A stretch of 64,000 nt of DNA from Octopus bimaculoides (Eukaryota): positions 23,740,738 to 23,804,737 of the forward strand of contig NC_069000.1 of assembly GCF_001194135.2 (NCBI RefSeq), written 5' to 3'. Positions 35,051 through 49,045 of the stretch are shown in pieces. The position numbers and the translations under genes are program-made. The notes under the pieces are model-generated. The model was not told where the DNA came from. It saw only the letters and a program-made list of their open reading frames with translations, and searched no databases. Position 1 is the stretch's first letter. Every line of letters starts with the position of its first letter.

Positions 35051-36154
35051 TTGTTCAATATTTTTTTATTCTTTTCAATAAAGATACTCATCCTTTTTCC
35101 TAAGTTTTCTCTGATGACATTCTTTTACCATTTTCTCTTTCAGCTGTAACCTTTGCATATTGATAACAAAACGGTCTTTCTTGATCCTCTGTTCTCAAAA
35201 TCTTGAGCTGCAGAACCTTTGAAATTTCTACATTAAAGTTTCTCTCACACTCATTCTCTCTTGCCCTGGACTAATATTTTTATTTCTGCTCTGCATATTT
35301 CCAGATAACTTTTTGACGTTCCTAACATTAACTCAATATTTTAACACACATTTTTTTTTGTGTCAAATTTTGATATAGGTTAGAGTTGTTGGTACAAATA
35401 TGTTCTTCTATATCAGCAGGATACATGTTACTGCAACTGTAAGGACCTCTCTTTAGTTCCCTCAACACCATCCATCTTTGGCTACTTGCTTCCAGTTTAG
35501 ACATGTAACTTAGTCAAAGTCATCCTGCCATCTTTGTTTTGGATGTCTTCTCAAATGCATGTAGTCACAATGGCCCATTCTATCACCTATTTTGTTCACC
35601 TGCTTGTGCTTTTACCACTTGATTTTGTGAAATATGTCAATAACTCCCGTTTTCTATTTGATCCATCTTTTGCCATGCAGTGTCAGTCTCATTATTAGAG
35701 ATTCCATTTTGCATTGGGTGAGGATTGTTCTTTGTTCAGTAACCAAGTTTCACTAATTGGGTGCTTTCTTTATAAACCTTAATGGCATGCTTCTATTTCT
35801 CATGATGGAGTCTAGTTTTACCAAATGCAATCCAGCTCAGGCTGATTCTACTTCACATCTCCTGCTCTTGCTGACAGTCTTTTGTCACCAACTGTCTCAG
35901 GTAAATGTAGACATAAATTTCTTAATGCATCTCTTGTTGATGCTAATGCTGCTGTCTATTTTTCTTTTTTGCAGTGGACTTGCATATGACTTTAGTTTTT
36001 CTTAAGTGCATATATTTAAGCTTGCTACTATCATGGATATCTTGTAGCCTTTTCCATAGTTCTGAGATCAATACTCATTGGCAGTGAGATAAGTATTTGC
36101 CATTTATTTTTGTACCTGTTTTCCTTGTTTATCTTTCATATTCTTTTGTCTTTT

Positions 36155-36350
36155 CCTTGTTTCAGTCATTAGACTGTGGCTATGCTGGGGCACCACCTTG
36201 AATTTTTCATCAAATGAATCAACCACAGTACTTTTTTTTTTGCTCAGTACTATCTATCAGTTTCTTTTGCTGAACCATTACATTATGGGGACATAAACAT
36301 ATCAATACTGGTTGTCAAGCAGTGGTGGGGGACAGATGCAGAGACACAAC
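36155..36350 (-). mobile_element. SINE family A, 3' half
   Basis: ttgtttcagtcattagactgtggctatgctggggcaccacc..ggttgtcaagcagtggtgggggac. Confidence 0.8.
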
Positions 36351-36419
36351 ACACACAGTGTACTGTTTCATGTTTGTAAGATTGACAAAATAAGTACACC
36401 ATCTGGTAAGAGATAAATA

Positions 36420-39400
36420 CTATATATAGAGAGATGTGTAGATTTGTGCTGCATCCAAGAAGTAAGGTGGAGAGGAAGTTCTGCTGGGTTCCTCACAGGC
36501 AAAGAACATAGGTATAAGATTTTCTGGGCAGGGAACACTAACGGGGTTGGTGAGTGTGGGTATACTTCTTGCAGAGAAATGGGTTGGTAAGGTAATCGAG
36601 GTAGTCAGAGTCTGTGATAGAATACTTGAGATTAGATTAGTGCTGCAACATGGGTTAGCAACCATTATCTCAGCTTATGCCCCTCAGCCAGGGCCACCTG
36701 AGGAACAGAAAGACTGATTTTATGACACCCTCTTGCAGACTACCTCATTGACAAATGACAGGGATCTTCTGATTGTGGCTGGCGACTTCAGTGGGCATGT
36801 TGGATAACTTGCAGGGGGCTTCCATGGAGGCCATGATTTGAGAACCAGGCTGCTGGAGTTCTGTGATGCAAATGATCTTATGGTTTGTAATACTAACTTC
36901 AGGAAATCTGCCAGTCACCTATTCACCTACCACTCTGGTGGACACACTAGTCAAATTGATTACATCTTTGCCAGGAAACAGGAGAGATGGCTACTTACAA
37001 ATGCCAAAACCTACCTAGGTGAAGAATGCACCCCACAACATAGATAAGTAGTTAGTGACTTCAGGATCAGGGCTAAATGGATGCCCAGAAGAGAAGGGTC
37101 TGGAAGCTTAAGGATCCTGTAAATGAACTGAGATTTAGAGACATATTACTCAAAGCTTTTGATGAAATAGAGGGGAATATAGCTTCACATGATGTGGATG
37201 CCAACTGGAGGTTCCTACGAGACAACCTGTTGAAGGCTACTGACCAGATCTGTGGGTGGTGCCAAAATCCCCTCTCGACCCAAGGTAACGTGGTGGTGGA
37301 ACAATGAAGTGGACGGCCATTAGGGAAAAGAAACAGGCACGGAAGGACTGGAAGAATGGTAGTAGCTGGGAATTGTATCAGATTGCCAGAATGGAAGCTA
37401 GGAGACAGATTTACTTAGCCACAGGGGAAGCTGATAAGAAAAAATTCTGCATCGAGAGGACCAAAAAGTTCTGCACCATGAGGACCAAAGACTTGAAGAG
37501 TTTTGTGTTGCAAGACAGTGTGTGAGAGAGAATCATGATGTCATAGGAGAGAAATGTGTCCGAATGGATGATGGCTCACTTGCATGTAATGAAGCTGCAA
37601 AGAGACTTGGAGACGCCACTATGAAAGGTTGCTAAATGAATGGGAGAAAGAGAGTCTGCTGAATATCAACCCAAAAGAGCGACCAGCTACCGAATTGACA
37701 GTACCTTGGTAGATAAAGCAATTAAGGTTATGAAGACAGGGAAAGCCCTCGGCCTATCAGGAATCACCGCAGAGATGCTTAAAATATCTGGTGGTGTCGG
37801 CTACAGTCTAGTCACCTGTATAGTCAATCAGGTGATGCATGAAGGAGTCATACCCAATGACTGGTGTAGCATCATCATAGTCAACTCCTACAAAGGTAAA
37901 GGTGATGTAATTGATACAAATAATTATAGAGGTTTTAAGTTGTTGGATCAGGTAATGAAAGTCACAGAGATGGTCATAGCCCGACTAATTAGGGAAAGAG
38001 TCAGTTTAGATAAGATGCAGTTAGGGTTTGTGCCAAGGAAAAGCACCACTGATGCTATATTTCTGGTAAGACAGCTGCAAGAGAAATACCTAGCCAAAGA
38101 TAAACCTCTGTACTTGGCTTTCGTTGACATGGAGAAAGCCTTTGACAGGGTTCCCCGATCCCTTACCTGGTGGTCAATGAGGAAACTAGGGATAGATGAA
38201 TGGTTGGTGAGAGCTATATAAGCCATGTACAGGGATACTGTCAGTAAGGTGAGGGTTTGCAACCAGTATAGTGAAGGATTCTGGGTAGGGGTAGGGCCCC
38301 ACCAAGGATCAGTCCTCAGACCCTTATTCACCATATTCCTCTAGGCAATAACAGAGGAAATCAAGACAGGACCCCCCTGGGAGCTTCTCTATGCTGATGA
38401 CCTTGCTCTAATAACTGAGTCATTATCAGAACTAGAGAAATTTCAGATGTGGATGCAAGGTATAGAATCAAAGAGCTTTAGAGTCAATCTAGCAAAAACC
38501 AAAGTCTTAATAAGTAGGAAAGCAGACAAATCACAAATCCCTTCAGTTAGATGGCCTTGCTCGATCTGTAGAAACTCCATAAGATGTATCCAGTGTAAGC
38601 TATGGACACATAAGAGGTGCAGCAACATCAAAGGAAGGCTAACTGGGAAGATAGTTTTTGTCTGTGGCTCATGGGCAATAAACACTGAAAATGTGCAGAA
38701 AACAGCTTCTGTCACATGCCAAGGGAAAAAAATTAAAAGTAATTGATAGCTTCCGTTACCTAGGTGACCAAGTCAGTAGCGAGGGTTGGGGTGGATGCTC
38801 TGAAAGTGTAGCTGCTAGAATGAGAATAGCCTGGGCAAAGTTTAGAGAGCTCTTACCTCTGCTGGTGACAAAGGGCCTCTCGCTCAGAGTCAAAGGCAGA
38901 CTGTATGATGCAGGTGTGCGAATAACCATGCTACATAGCAGTGAAACATGGGCCATGACTGCTGAGGACAAGTGTTAGCTAGCAAGGAATGAAGCCAGTA
39001 TGCTCCACTGGATGTGTAATGTTGATGTGCATACACGACAGAGTGTAAGTGCCCTGAGAAAAAAGTTGGACATAAGAAGCATCAGTTGTGGTGTGCAAGA
39101 GAGACGACTGCGCTGGTATGGTCATGTGTTGTGTATGGATGAGGACAGCTGTATGAAAAAGTGTCACAACCTAGCAGTTGAGGGAACCTGTGGAAGAGGT
39201 AGAGCCAGGAACACCTGGGATGAGGTGGTGAAGCACGATCTTCAAACATTGGGTCTCATGGAGGCGATGACAAGTGACTGAGACCTTTGGAGATATGCTG
39301 TGCTTGAGAAGACCTGGCAAGCCAAGTGAGACCATAACCATGGCCTATGCCAGTGCAGCATAACTGGCCCATCTAAGAGTAGCCTTCAATCATTGGGCAA

Positions 39401-39742
39401 TAAACTGCACTTGCAAAGACTTGTTGAATCAAGTGAAGTCATTGTGGCTGATGACAGTACCGCCTGATTGGCACCTGTGCCGGTGGAATGTAAAAAGCAC
39501 CGTTCGAGCGTGGTCGATGCCAGTGCCGCCTGACTGTCCCTTGTGCCAGTGGCACATAAAAAACACCCATTACACTCTCAGAGTGGTTGGCGTTAGGAAG
39601 GGCATCCAGCTGTAGAAACTCTGCCAGATTAGATTGGAGTTTGGTGCAGCCTTCTGGCTTGCCAGTCCTCAGTCAAACCATCCAAACCATGCTAGCATGG
39701 AAAGCAGACGTTAAACAACATGACTATGATGATGATGATGAT
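36420..39742 (+). mobile_element. RTE LINE (main family), near-complete ORF (APE endonuclease, RT, PHD insert), multiply disrupted
   Basis: Endonuclease motifs DLCCIQEVRWRG, SAYAPQ, GDF.GH and FTYHSGGHTSQIDY. RT motifs GFVPRKSTTDAIF, FVDMEKAFDRVPR and LYADD (38390). C-terminal RWYGHV, 3' UTR repeat units and tail. Confidence 0.95.
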
Positions 39743-39759
39743 ATATATTATACATATGA

Positions 39760-39895
39760 CCAGCTTCTTTCAGTTTCTATCTACCAAATCCACTTACAAG
39801 GCTTTGGTCAGCTCAAAGCTATAGTAGAAGGCATTTGATGAAGGTGTGACATAGTGGGACTGAATCATGTAGTTGGGAAGCAAGCAGCCACATCT
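39760..39895 (-). mobile_element. SINE family A head/core fragment
   Basis: cagcttctttcagtttctatctaccaaatccacttacaaggctttggtc..agtgggactgaa. Confidence 0.75.
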
Positions 39896-40533
39896 GCACC
39901 TATTTCAACATATTGTAAATAGTTTATGTAATATGCTGGCATCTTGTCTTGTGCCTCTTTGCATCCTGAACCTTTCACTGTCTCTATGCAGATGTATTAT
40001 GGACAGTGAAAAATACAGTGGAATATTGTACTTCTGCATCTTCTTTTGTGGCTAGTCTACTACATGGGGAGATTCAATTGTAGAGAAACTTGTTTGGAAG
40101 CCAGACTATTCTCAAGGTTGATATCCTAGAGTCCTTAGCATTCTTTGCAAGATGACAGGAAAGAAGACTTTGATAGGGAGCTGATTGACCTTCAATTCTT
40201 GATGTCAGAAGTGTTGCATTTTTGAACAAGAAGCACCACTGCATTTTGTCACATATTTGAAACCTTGCATAGTCAGAGAAAAAAGTTTATGTAGACCTTG
40301 ATTTCATCAACTTGAAAGATATCTCCTGTGCTCATGTTTTTACCAGGGACCTTATAATGGTCCAGTCTCAGAGTTTCTATGTCTTTGATTTAATTTGGGG
40401 TCCAACTTTCTACAATATGATCCCTGGCGTTTCTATGCTCAACTTTTCTTTCCCTTGTTTTCCATTTGCATAGCAGTGCAGGTAATTGTATGTCTTACAT
40501 TGGCCGATCCTGATTGTCAACATCTAATAAGCT

Positions 40534-40751
40534 TAAGGTGGTGAGCTGGCAGAATCGTTAGCACGCCAGGTGAAATGCCTAGCGGTATTTCGTCTGTATT
40601 TACATTCTGAGTTTAAATTCCGCTAAGGTTGACTTTGCCTTTCATTCTTTCAGGTTTGATAAATTAAGTACCAGTTGCATACTGGGGCTGATCTAATCGA
40701 CTGGCCCTCTCCCCAAAAATTTCGGGCCTTGTGCCTAGAGTAGAAAAGAAT
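40534..40751 (+). mobile_element. tRNA-derived SINE family B, full length, 12-bp TSD
   Basis: TSD ATCTAATAAGCT at 40522-40533 and 40752-40763. A box TGGCAGAATCG, B box-like GTTTAAATTCC. Further copies at 23702-23905 and about 51040-51150. Confidence 0.9.
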
Positions 40752-41498
40752 ATCTAATAAGCTATGTTCACAGCTCAACTGTATAATGTCACAAACTTTT
40801 AATACCTTATCAGTTTCTAGAGTTGAGCTATAGCTCTAATATTTCCTTTTTGAAATAATACAGAACTATTATAGCCCTCTTTTACATAGTCTGTACCTGG
40901 CCTTAATAGCTTTATTCATACAGTTTTAAATTATAATCAATGTTCCTCTTAATTTTTTGCTGTGGGTGTCTGCAAAAATTTGCTTGTATGCAAATTTTGT
41001 GTTTCTTTGCAAAGTGTGTATGCATCCATCTTCAGTTTAAAAAAAATAGAACTTGGTTTCCTCATGAAAACCTTATATGCACATATTTTTGTCTTTGTGT
41101 GCACAAGCAAAACTATCCAATTCCAGCATGAAGTTTTGATTATTTTAAATATGACCAAGTTTTGCTATCAAAATACATTCAAGAATAATTCTAATTTATA
41201 AAAAGTGCATAGTTTCATTACAATGTTGGAAAGACAACATTAATAAGTGTGCAATGAAATACTAATCTTTACTAGAGAAGAAAAATTACATTTTTGAATA
41301 CAACATGCAAAAATAAAATAACAAAGAATACTTTCTGAATCACAATCTCTAATTTTAAAAAAGTAAGTTGAAAATGTGTTTTAAAAAAATGAGTGAGAAA
41401 AAGTAATGCTAAAATAAAAAAGAACTGGTAGCTGCTATAATGATAATCTAGTTACTGTCATAAAATCAAAGAATAACTTTTATGAAGTATTTTTGGCA

Positions 41499-41955
41499 GA
41501 ATTCTGCTTTAAGCACCTTATATAACCCACATAACTTTTCTATTTTCTGGATTTTTCAGAAAATTTTTGTGAATATCTTCTACACACAAGAATTCATATG
41601 ATTATGCAAAAACCAAAAGAAGAAAAATTTCGTGTGTGATTTAAGGGCTATTTAGCTGTTATTTTTAGCACATCTCACAACCACTCGATGCTCTCCTCAT
41701 TTCTTGGTCACTGACTTATTGATGTTTGTCAATATCTTTCTCCCCTTAAACACATTTAATGATCTAATGCTGGGAATTAAACAAAAAATTCAGATTGTCC
41801 ATATTTTAAACTCATTTTTAAAAAATTCAATAAATTACAAAAATACTTTTTTTCATAATCATATGAATTCTTGTATGTAGGACACAAATATGCAAAGTTT
41901 CTGAAAATCCCCCAAAATATAAGTTATATGGGATGCTTAAAGCAGAACTCCACTG
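41499..41955. mobile_element. Old MITE with about 110-bp imperfect TIRs, possibly Tc1/pogo-type
   Basis: GAATTCTGCTTTAAGCA..CAAGAATTCATATGATTATG versus CATAATCATATGAATTCTTG..TGCTTAAAGCAGAACTC. Right end CACTG|TA. Confidence 0.65.
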
Positions 41956-42619
41956 TATTTTTTAAGTCTCAATTATTACTTTCTTCCCTGCTTAACACTT
42001 TTGTCACCATACTTCTGTTGAGAAGCTCTGTGTTTCTTTCAATTAATTTTAAATATAACAAAGAATTTAGTCAAATAACTTAGTCATCATTCAGCTAGTG
42101 TTAGGAACATAAAATGTGACTAAGGTTTGGTGGTAGATTTTAATTCAGAACTTTTGAAACCAAGACATTTTGTACTACAGAGCCAGAGGCAGTTTGGTAT
42201 CAAAAGGGTTGAAGTGAACCACTTCCTCTTGAGAATGATGGTTGGTCCTATGCAGCTGATTCCTCACATGAGGTGCTTGCAGCTGTGCTGGTAGGTAACA
42301 TTAGGCTTGGCTTGCTTTCACTTATAATAAAAAGAGATGATGAGAAAAGTTCAGTTTGAGTACTAAATCAAACAAATGCTCGTTGTGAGAGGTCACACTA
42401 AGCAGTATGGAATTTTTACTCTTCTAAAATACCACATGTACATACCGTTAGGGTTCCAGCTGGAGCTACTGCACTTCAAACGCATATATACACTTCATTT
42501 ATATAAATTACACACACACACATTTACAAATATACACATCTCGTTAGCTATCTGCACTCATATATATGGGCTTCTTTTAAGTTTTCATCAACCAAATCTA
42601 CTCATAAGATTTTGGTAGT

Positions 42620-42853
42620 GCGGATGGCACATAAAAGACACCATTTCGAGCGTGGCCGTTTTCGTGCGGGTGACACGTAAAAAGCACCCACTACACCCTC
42701 TGAGTAGTTGGCGTTAGGAAGGGCATCCAGCTGTAGAAACTCTGCCAAATTAGATTGGAGCCTGGTGTAGCCATCCGGTTGCACCAGTCCTCAGTCAAAT
42801 CGTCCAACCCATGCTAGCATGGAAAGCGGGCGTTAAACGATGATGATGATGAT
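42620..42853 (+). mobile_element. RTE 3'-UTR/tail fragment nested in a family A SINE (42565-42930, minus)
   Basis: Nearly identical to 16269-16455. SINE A sequence resumes on both sides. Confidence 0.85.
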
Positions 42854-45813
42854 AGAAGCAGGCACTTGCCCAGTGGGACTGAATCTAAAACCACATGGTT
42901 GAGAACCAAACTTCTTAACCTCACAGCCTTGCACTTACACACATACAGTAATAATCTGGTTAGCTCTTGATACATTCCTAAAAAATGTAGTGCTAAATGA
43001 GGTGATTAACATAATATAAACAGAGACAAGCTTGATAGACTATTCCTAACAGTGATATGAAAATAAATAGTGTTAAAAAATCTAGAAAATCCAGAGTCAC
43101 ACTGCCACACCTTCCAAATAGCTTTAGATAACCTCAGTGTGATCTAAAGTTACGATAAAATTAGTAAAAATTTGATTTAATGCTGTTAAAAAATTAATAG
43201 GTCAAATTAATCAACTTTAACTACGAGTACATCGACCTCGTTGCCATAAATTCACTTGAAAAGCAGCAGTGTGAAAAAGCATGGAAGGTGTTGAGACAAG
43301 ACCAGGCACATTTTGAAGAATATTTAATTTTTGTCTGTTTTCTTCAATCTTCTTTGCAGAAACAGGGTATCAGGTCTAGAACAGCCCTCCTTACTTCCCT
43401 GCTGTGTTCCTAGGTAGGGTTGTTCTCAGGTATTGGGTCTGCAATTTCTGTAATCTTAGTGACAATGTAATTGGGGAACAATTCTTCTTGGTGTTACTGA
43501 CTCTACAGTAGTCTTCAGACCCATTTTGGAAATGTTACTGTTCTACCTCTTCAATAGATAAACCATGAGACTTTATAATCTTATTGGTGACTGCTGGAAT
43601 TATTTTGTTCTTCAAATTCCAGAAAGTTAGTGCATGCTTCTCTGATCATGTTTCATGATACACTTAAAAAGCCTGGAGACATTCTTTGGCTGTCTGGTTC
43701 TCTGTATTTGCAGCTTCACTGTATTTGGATCTATCAGTCTAACCTCTCATAGCAGTGAATGCTTCTAAATTCTCCTTCTTGTAAGTGCCTGAAAATGCTA
43801 CTTGCTTTTTCTATTAATGTTTCATTGCATTTTGTTGTCCATCAATATAGTCAACAACTTTCAAAGAAAAAAAAAACTTTCAATGAGTCATCTTTGCTAT
43901 AATTAGATTGTCCAAGTTCTTCATGATGGTTATAATAGCTGATGTAGCCCATTATATGCCTGATGCTTGCAAATTTCCAATCACTTCAACACTTGCAATT
44001 TCACATCTAGTATGATGCTTTTGACAGTTTAGATGAATTTTCAGCATTTAGAATTGCAGGTTATTTTCCACTCATGATGAGTAAAAATCATGTGAAAAAT
44101 GTGAGGGTGTAACAGAAGTGTGTAATGCTTTTATGTTTGGTTGTTTGAGCTTAAATACTGCAGAATGGGCTCACCAGACCTTTTCTTTCCATTTAGTCAC
44201 ATGATCTAGCGGGTTGCCAAACTAGTTGCATATATTGGTCAATTACTAACTGTCCAGTCATGTGTTTGCAACAGTTTGTTTTCAACACAGGAAAGACCAC
44301 TTTGTCTCTGGAACCTACCCAAGGTTATAAAAACCATTCTATTTTGCCTCGCTTAGCCTTTGGCAGCAGCCATTGACCACATGTCTCTTTGGACCAATGT
44401 CGGTGAGCCAGACACCAGCCAATCACACAGCTTACTTCAACCAGTCTGGTTTTCATCATTACCACAACAGACAGCAGACCACATCAACAAACCCAGCAGA
44501 ACTGAAGTCATTTAAATCTTAGTTCCAGACTGTAATATAATCACCATTCTCTTTTGGCAATCTCATTTTTATAATAAGAGGAATAAATCATCACGTATTC
44601 AACTTATCCAAATCTTATTATTTGCTACTTCTTTCTCCGTTATAAGGGAATATGCATGAATGTGAATAATAGTTTCTTACATCTCTCCCTAATTTCATTT
44701 TCAAGAAAAACTCTAGGAAATCAGTCATGTATTTCACAAAAACATTTTCACCCATTTTAATTCCCTGGAATAACAATAAGACTAATCTTTTATTATATTT
44801 TTACACTTCTACAAATGTTTTGCAGCAACAAATTTAATTTTCACTTTGCATTTAAATAATATTTACTATAAGACAATATAGAAGACTTGATGTCACAACA
44901 AAAGGATGAGACAATAGAGACAAAAATTATAAAGTAGAGAAAATTTAAAACAATGCCCAAGAGGAAAGTATCAATATACTGAACACTAATGTGCATGATA
45001 CCTTCAGTATGGAAGAGAAATTCAACAGATATGTAGAGAGAAAATGGATGGTGAAGAGTGAGATGATTATATGTGACAACAGAGAGAGGGAGAAGTATGA
45101 TGAAGTACAGTAGACAGAGTGTCATGAAGAACTTCAAGAAAGGAAATGAGTATAAAACAAGAATTAATTAATTTGAAGAATATTCACTCAAGAACATGTC
45201 AGAAACAAATTTGGTGGTCTTATGATACAATATCAGAATAAGCAAGTTTTTATTTCTCAATAATTTTTAGCCAATGTCGAACTCATTATCATAAATATAT
45301 TCAACCTAATGAAACAATGCTATGAAGGTATATACATTTATGCATCAGAATAACAGAAATTTTATAAAATGTGAAATTTCCATGGGTCTCACTCACTATT
45401 GCCCCACTGAAAATGTTGTCCAAGAGAAAAGAATGCTATAGTGATTCAGTGCTATGCAAGGTGTATGTATATATAAACATACATATACACATAGAGTCTT
45501 GTTTGGGCAAATGCCCCAGAATGCATCCTTATAAGCTCCTATGCTTCTCTTGGTCAGCTACTGTTTGTAAATTCCAAGTTTATTTATTAAAGTATTTTCT
45601 TCATACTCCACTCTAACACGTGTTTTTGCTGGATAAGTGTCCTTTGATATAGCACTTATGTGCATTTAGTTGATTTATATAGCAACACATTCAAATCTAA
45701 AGGTTGACAATCATATGCAGCTTTATTCAAGGTGTTACCTATACAGGTGGGTGAAGCAATTGTATCAGATTGCTCATAAGGTATCTGCCCAGATTTCAAA
45801 TCCATATTCCTTC

Positions 45814-45844
<31 letters not shown>

Positions 45845-45846
<2 letters not shown>

Positions 45847-46150
45847 GGGACAAAGTATTGAAGGCCGATCTCAAGGCACTGAGCCTTACAAAGGAGATGC
45901 CAAAGGACCAAGATATCTGGTGCACTGCTGTACTTAAGAATACCCATCTGCCATAGCAGAACTGATACCAGTGCTGGTACCACATAAAAAGAACGCAGTA
46001 CGCTCTGTGGAGTGGTTGGCATTAAGAAGGGCATCCAACTATAGAAACTATGCCAGAACAGACAATGGTGTGGCCCCTGGCCTTACCAGCTCCAGTCAAA
46101 CCATCCAACCCATGCCAGTATGGAAACTGGATGTTAACAGGATGATGATA
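45845..46150 (+). mobile_element. RTE 3' end, divergent subfamily with short UTR
   Basis: WDKVLKADLKALSLTKEMPKDQDIWCTAVLKNT, then ..gggcatccaac..ccaacccatgccagtatggaaac..gatgatga. Confidence 0.75.
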
Positions 46151-46386
46151 GTTAAAAACTCACAAATAAAACCAGGAAGAGTGTAAGGTAAAGAGGAAAC
46201 AAATGATAAATAAAACATGAAATTAAACAAGTAAAACGTGGTGGGAAATGTGTAGGGAAATAAAACAAGATACTCAGTGTACAATGAAAATAAATGGAAA
46301 AGAAGCTAATGTTTTGGATTACACCTTATCAAAGAAAAGTAAGAGAGAAAAATATATAGGAATGAAACTTAATGTAATATCTAAAT

Positions 46387-46695
46387 CGCTGGTTCTCAAC
46401 CAGGGGTCCATGTAAAATTTTTTGGGTCCATGCTCACAAAATAGTGTATTGGGGATCCAAAGTAATATTTTAAGAGTCCACAAAAAATTTTGATTTAGAT
46501 GTATTCATTCTAAGAAACAGCTGGGTTTCATTCTCTGTTTTATATAGTTCAACCTACACAAGTTAATGTATGAAAAACAAAATAGGAATTTGGAAAGAAG
46601 TCTCTAAACATCAAATGGCTATGGGGATCCTCCAAAATAAAAAAAAAAATAGTAATAAAAGGGGTTCACAGATAAGAAATGGTTGAGAATCACTA
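46387..46695. mobile_element. hAT (Charlie-type) MITE, 309 bp, perfect 8-bp TSD ATCTAAAT
   Basis: ATCTAAAT|CGCTGGTTCTCAACC ... GGTTGAGAATCACTA|ATCTAAAT. Confidence 0.9.
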
Positions 46696-47304
46696 ATCTA
46701 AATGATTACAAAATCTTTACTTAAGTGTATAGTTGACGACAAACAAGCAGGATGAGAAAAAGTTTATGGAAAAGGGTTTTTAACTGGTCACATTGTCTAT
46801 GCCATTTAATATGCCTTGGGAGGCTTGCATTTAAGTTAATGAGGATTTTTGGAATGTGTTGGCAGTAAGAAATTACTATTAGAACCGAGTGACAAATGAT
46901 GTGGAGTTTCTCTGTAAGACAGAAATTGTAAAGCTTTCAATCATTCCTACAGGTTTTGCCATGGTTCACCAATGTAATGTTTGTAGTTATTTCTATTTTT
47001 GGATGTTCAAATATATTTGGAGAATGCAGTTGTATTTTTCGGCTGATGAAAAGAGCTCCTGCACTGGTAAAGTAATTAAATAACATGTACCTCATTGCAG
47101 TATTATTTGTGAAGATGGCAGCGTAATATATAGTATTTTCTTCTGGACATTGACATTTTAATAGAAAGAGGTCAATATTTCACCAAATTATATATTGGCA
47201 CTTTTTGTTCTCGATGTGATAGCAATATTCTGGTGGTGGATAGGTAGAATGGTAAAGAACATTAGTGAAGACATGTGCAGAAGTGGTTAGAGTGTATGGC
47301 TCAT

Positions 47305-47530
47305 GATGGGCTTGCTTCAGTTTCTGTCTATAAAATCTACACACAAGGGTTTAACTGGCCTGGGACTGTATTAGAAGTCACTTGCACAAGTTACCCATAT
47401 ATATATATATATATATAGCTGTGTTGTTAAGAAGTTCATTTCCCAACCACTGCATGGCATCTTATAGTCTTAGGTCAACCAAAGTCTTGTGAGTGGAATC
47501 GATAGATGCAAACTAAAAGAAGCTCATCAT
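47305..47530. mobile_element. Two SINE A fragments head-to-head around (AT)n
   Basis: 47305-47397 reads as a minus-strand core and 47418-47530 as a plus-strand head/core. Confidence 0.6.
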
Positions 47531-47759
47531 GTATGTGTGTGTTTGTGAGAGTGAGTTTGTATTTCTCAAGTCTATACATGTGTTCATTCATTGGTTTGTA
47601 AACAATGGCTTCATTAACAATGTCATCTGTTTGTAGTCCACTAAAAAAGCATGTTACCCAACCATTGTAAACAAAACACTCATTTTAGTATCATTTGTTT
47701 TCAGTTCTCCATGTAAACATGTCCAAGTTGTTTATAGACTGAAAGATTATTTCCTAATT

Positions 47760-47880
47760 TGGAAACAGGTGAGGGTTGGCATCAGGAAGAGCATCTGGCC
47801 TTGGAAATCTCTTCCCAACATACTCTTTCTTGTCTGATCCATGCAAGCATAGAAAAATAGACATTAAAACAATAATGATT
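47760..47880 (+). mobile_element. Degenerate RTE-type tail
   Basis: gggttggcatcaggaagagcatc..ccatgcaagcatagaaaaatagacattaaa. Confidence 0.55.
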
Positions 47881-48150
47881 ATGTGTGTGTTTGTGTGTGT
47901 GTATATATTTATAAGTGCTCACACACAAACCCACATGTTTTACTGATTGATGAGATCTCACAAGATCAAAGCATGTCTGTTGCTTTTGCCAGTTGGCTTA
48001 AAGACAAGATCCACTCCTAACTGCATTTTAAAAAATTTTCCTAAAATTTGAAATAGCTCATATTAAAGTTATCTCCCCATTTTAAAACAACCTCTGGGAG
48101 CTTTTGCCTTCTCATTGTAAAGATAATCTTAGTAAATCAACATTATACTA

Positions 48151-49045
48151 CAAGAGTGGGCTGAAAAGTTCATAGGAGTGATGTTAAAGCTGTGAAATCT
48201 CGCATACATTAATTTCAACCCCTCTTATTAATAATTGCATTGTTTCTTTCCAGGTAAGCTGACATCTGACAATTCAAGGAAGACTTCAAAAGTAACTGGT
48301 AGCAATTTCTCTTGAAAAATGGACAAAATTTTGTATTGTGGTATTATCAAGTACCTCCAGAAAAAGGGTCTAGTTCCCAAGGACATTCATACTGACATGG
48401 TTGCTACCTTAGGGGATGACACGCTAGTTTTATCAACAGTAAAAAAGAGGGCAGCTGAATTTAGGATGGGTAAAGACAGTCTTGAAGATGACCCAGCATC
48501 TGGATGTCCTGCAACTGCTACCACTGAAGAAAACATTGTGTTCACCATATGGTGATGGATGACAGGCAATTGATAATAAATCAAATAGCCAATACTATTA
48601 GCATGTCCTGTGAGAGAGTTGAGAATATTCTGCCCAATAAATTTGACATGATGGAGGTTTCTGCTTGGCAAGTGCCACAGCCGACACCTGATCAAAATGT
48701 GCACCAGGCTGATCACATCACAACAAAATCTGACATTGTTTTAGGCAGATCCAGCTGGTTTCCTTGAATGTTTCCTAACCAGGATGAGTATTGGCATCAT
48801 CACATTGAGCCAGAGAGAAAGAGACAGTCCATGCATTGAAAACACTACTCCTCAATTGCACCAAAGAAGGCCAAGGTCATATCATCGGCAGGGTAGGTGA
48901 TGGCCTCTTTTTTTGTGATGCAAAAAACACTGTGTTTATTGACTATCTTAAAAAGGACCACAACATCAAAGGAGAGTTCTATACCAACTTGCTCAAAATG
49001 AATCTCATTTGGTGGTCAGCCTCTGAACTTTTCAGTCAACCCTTC
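48151..49045 (+). mobile_element. mariner element, internally deleted and decayed
   Basis: TA|CAAGAGTGGGCTGAAAAGTTC ... GAACTTTTCAGTCAACCCTTC|TA. IKYLQKKG..KDIH.DM..TLG..TVKK.AAEF..G..SLEDD..SG.P is a mariner HTH; DRQLII..IA..I..S.ERV.NIL follows. Confidence 0.9.
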
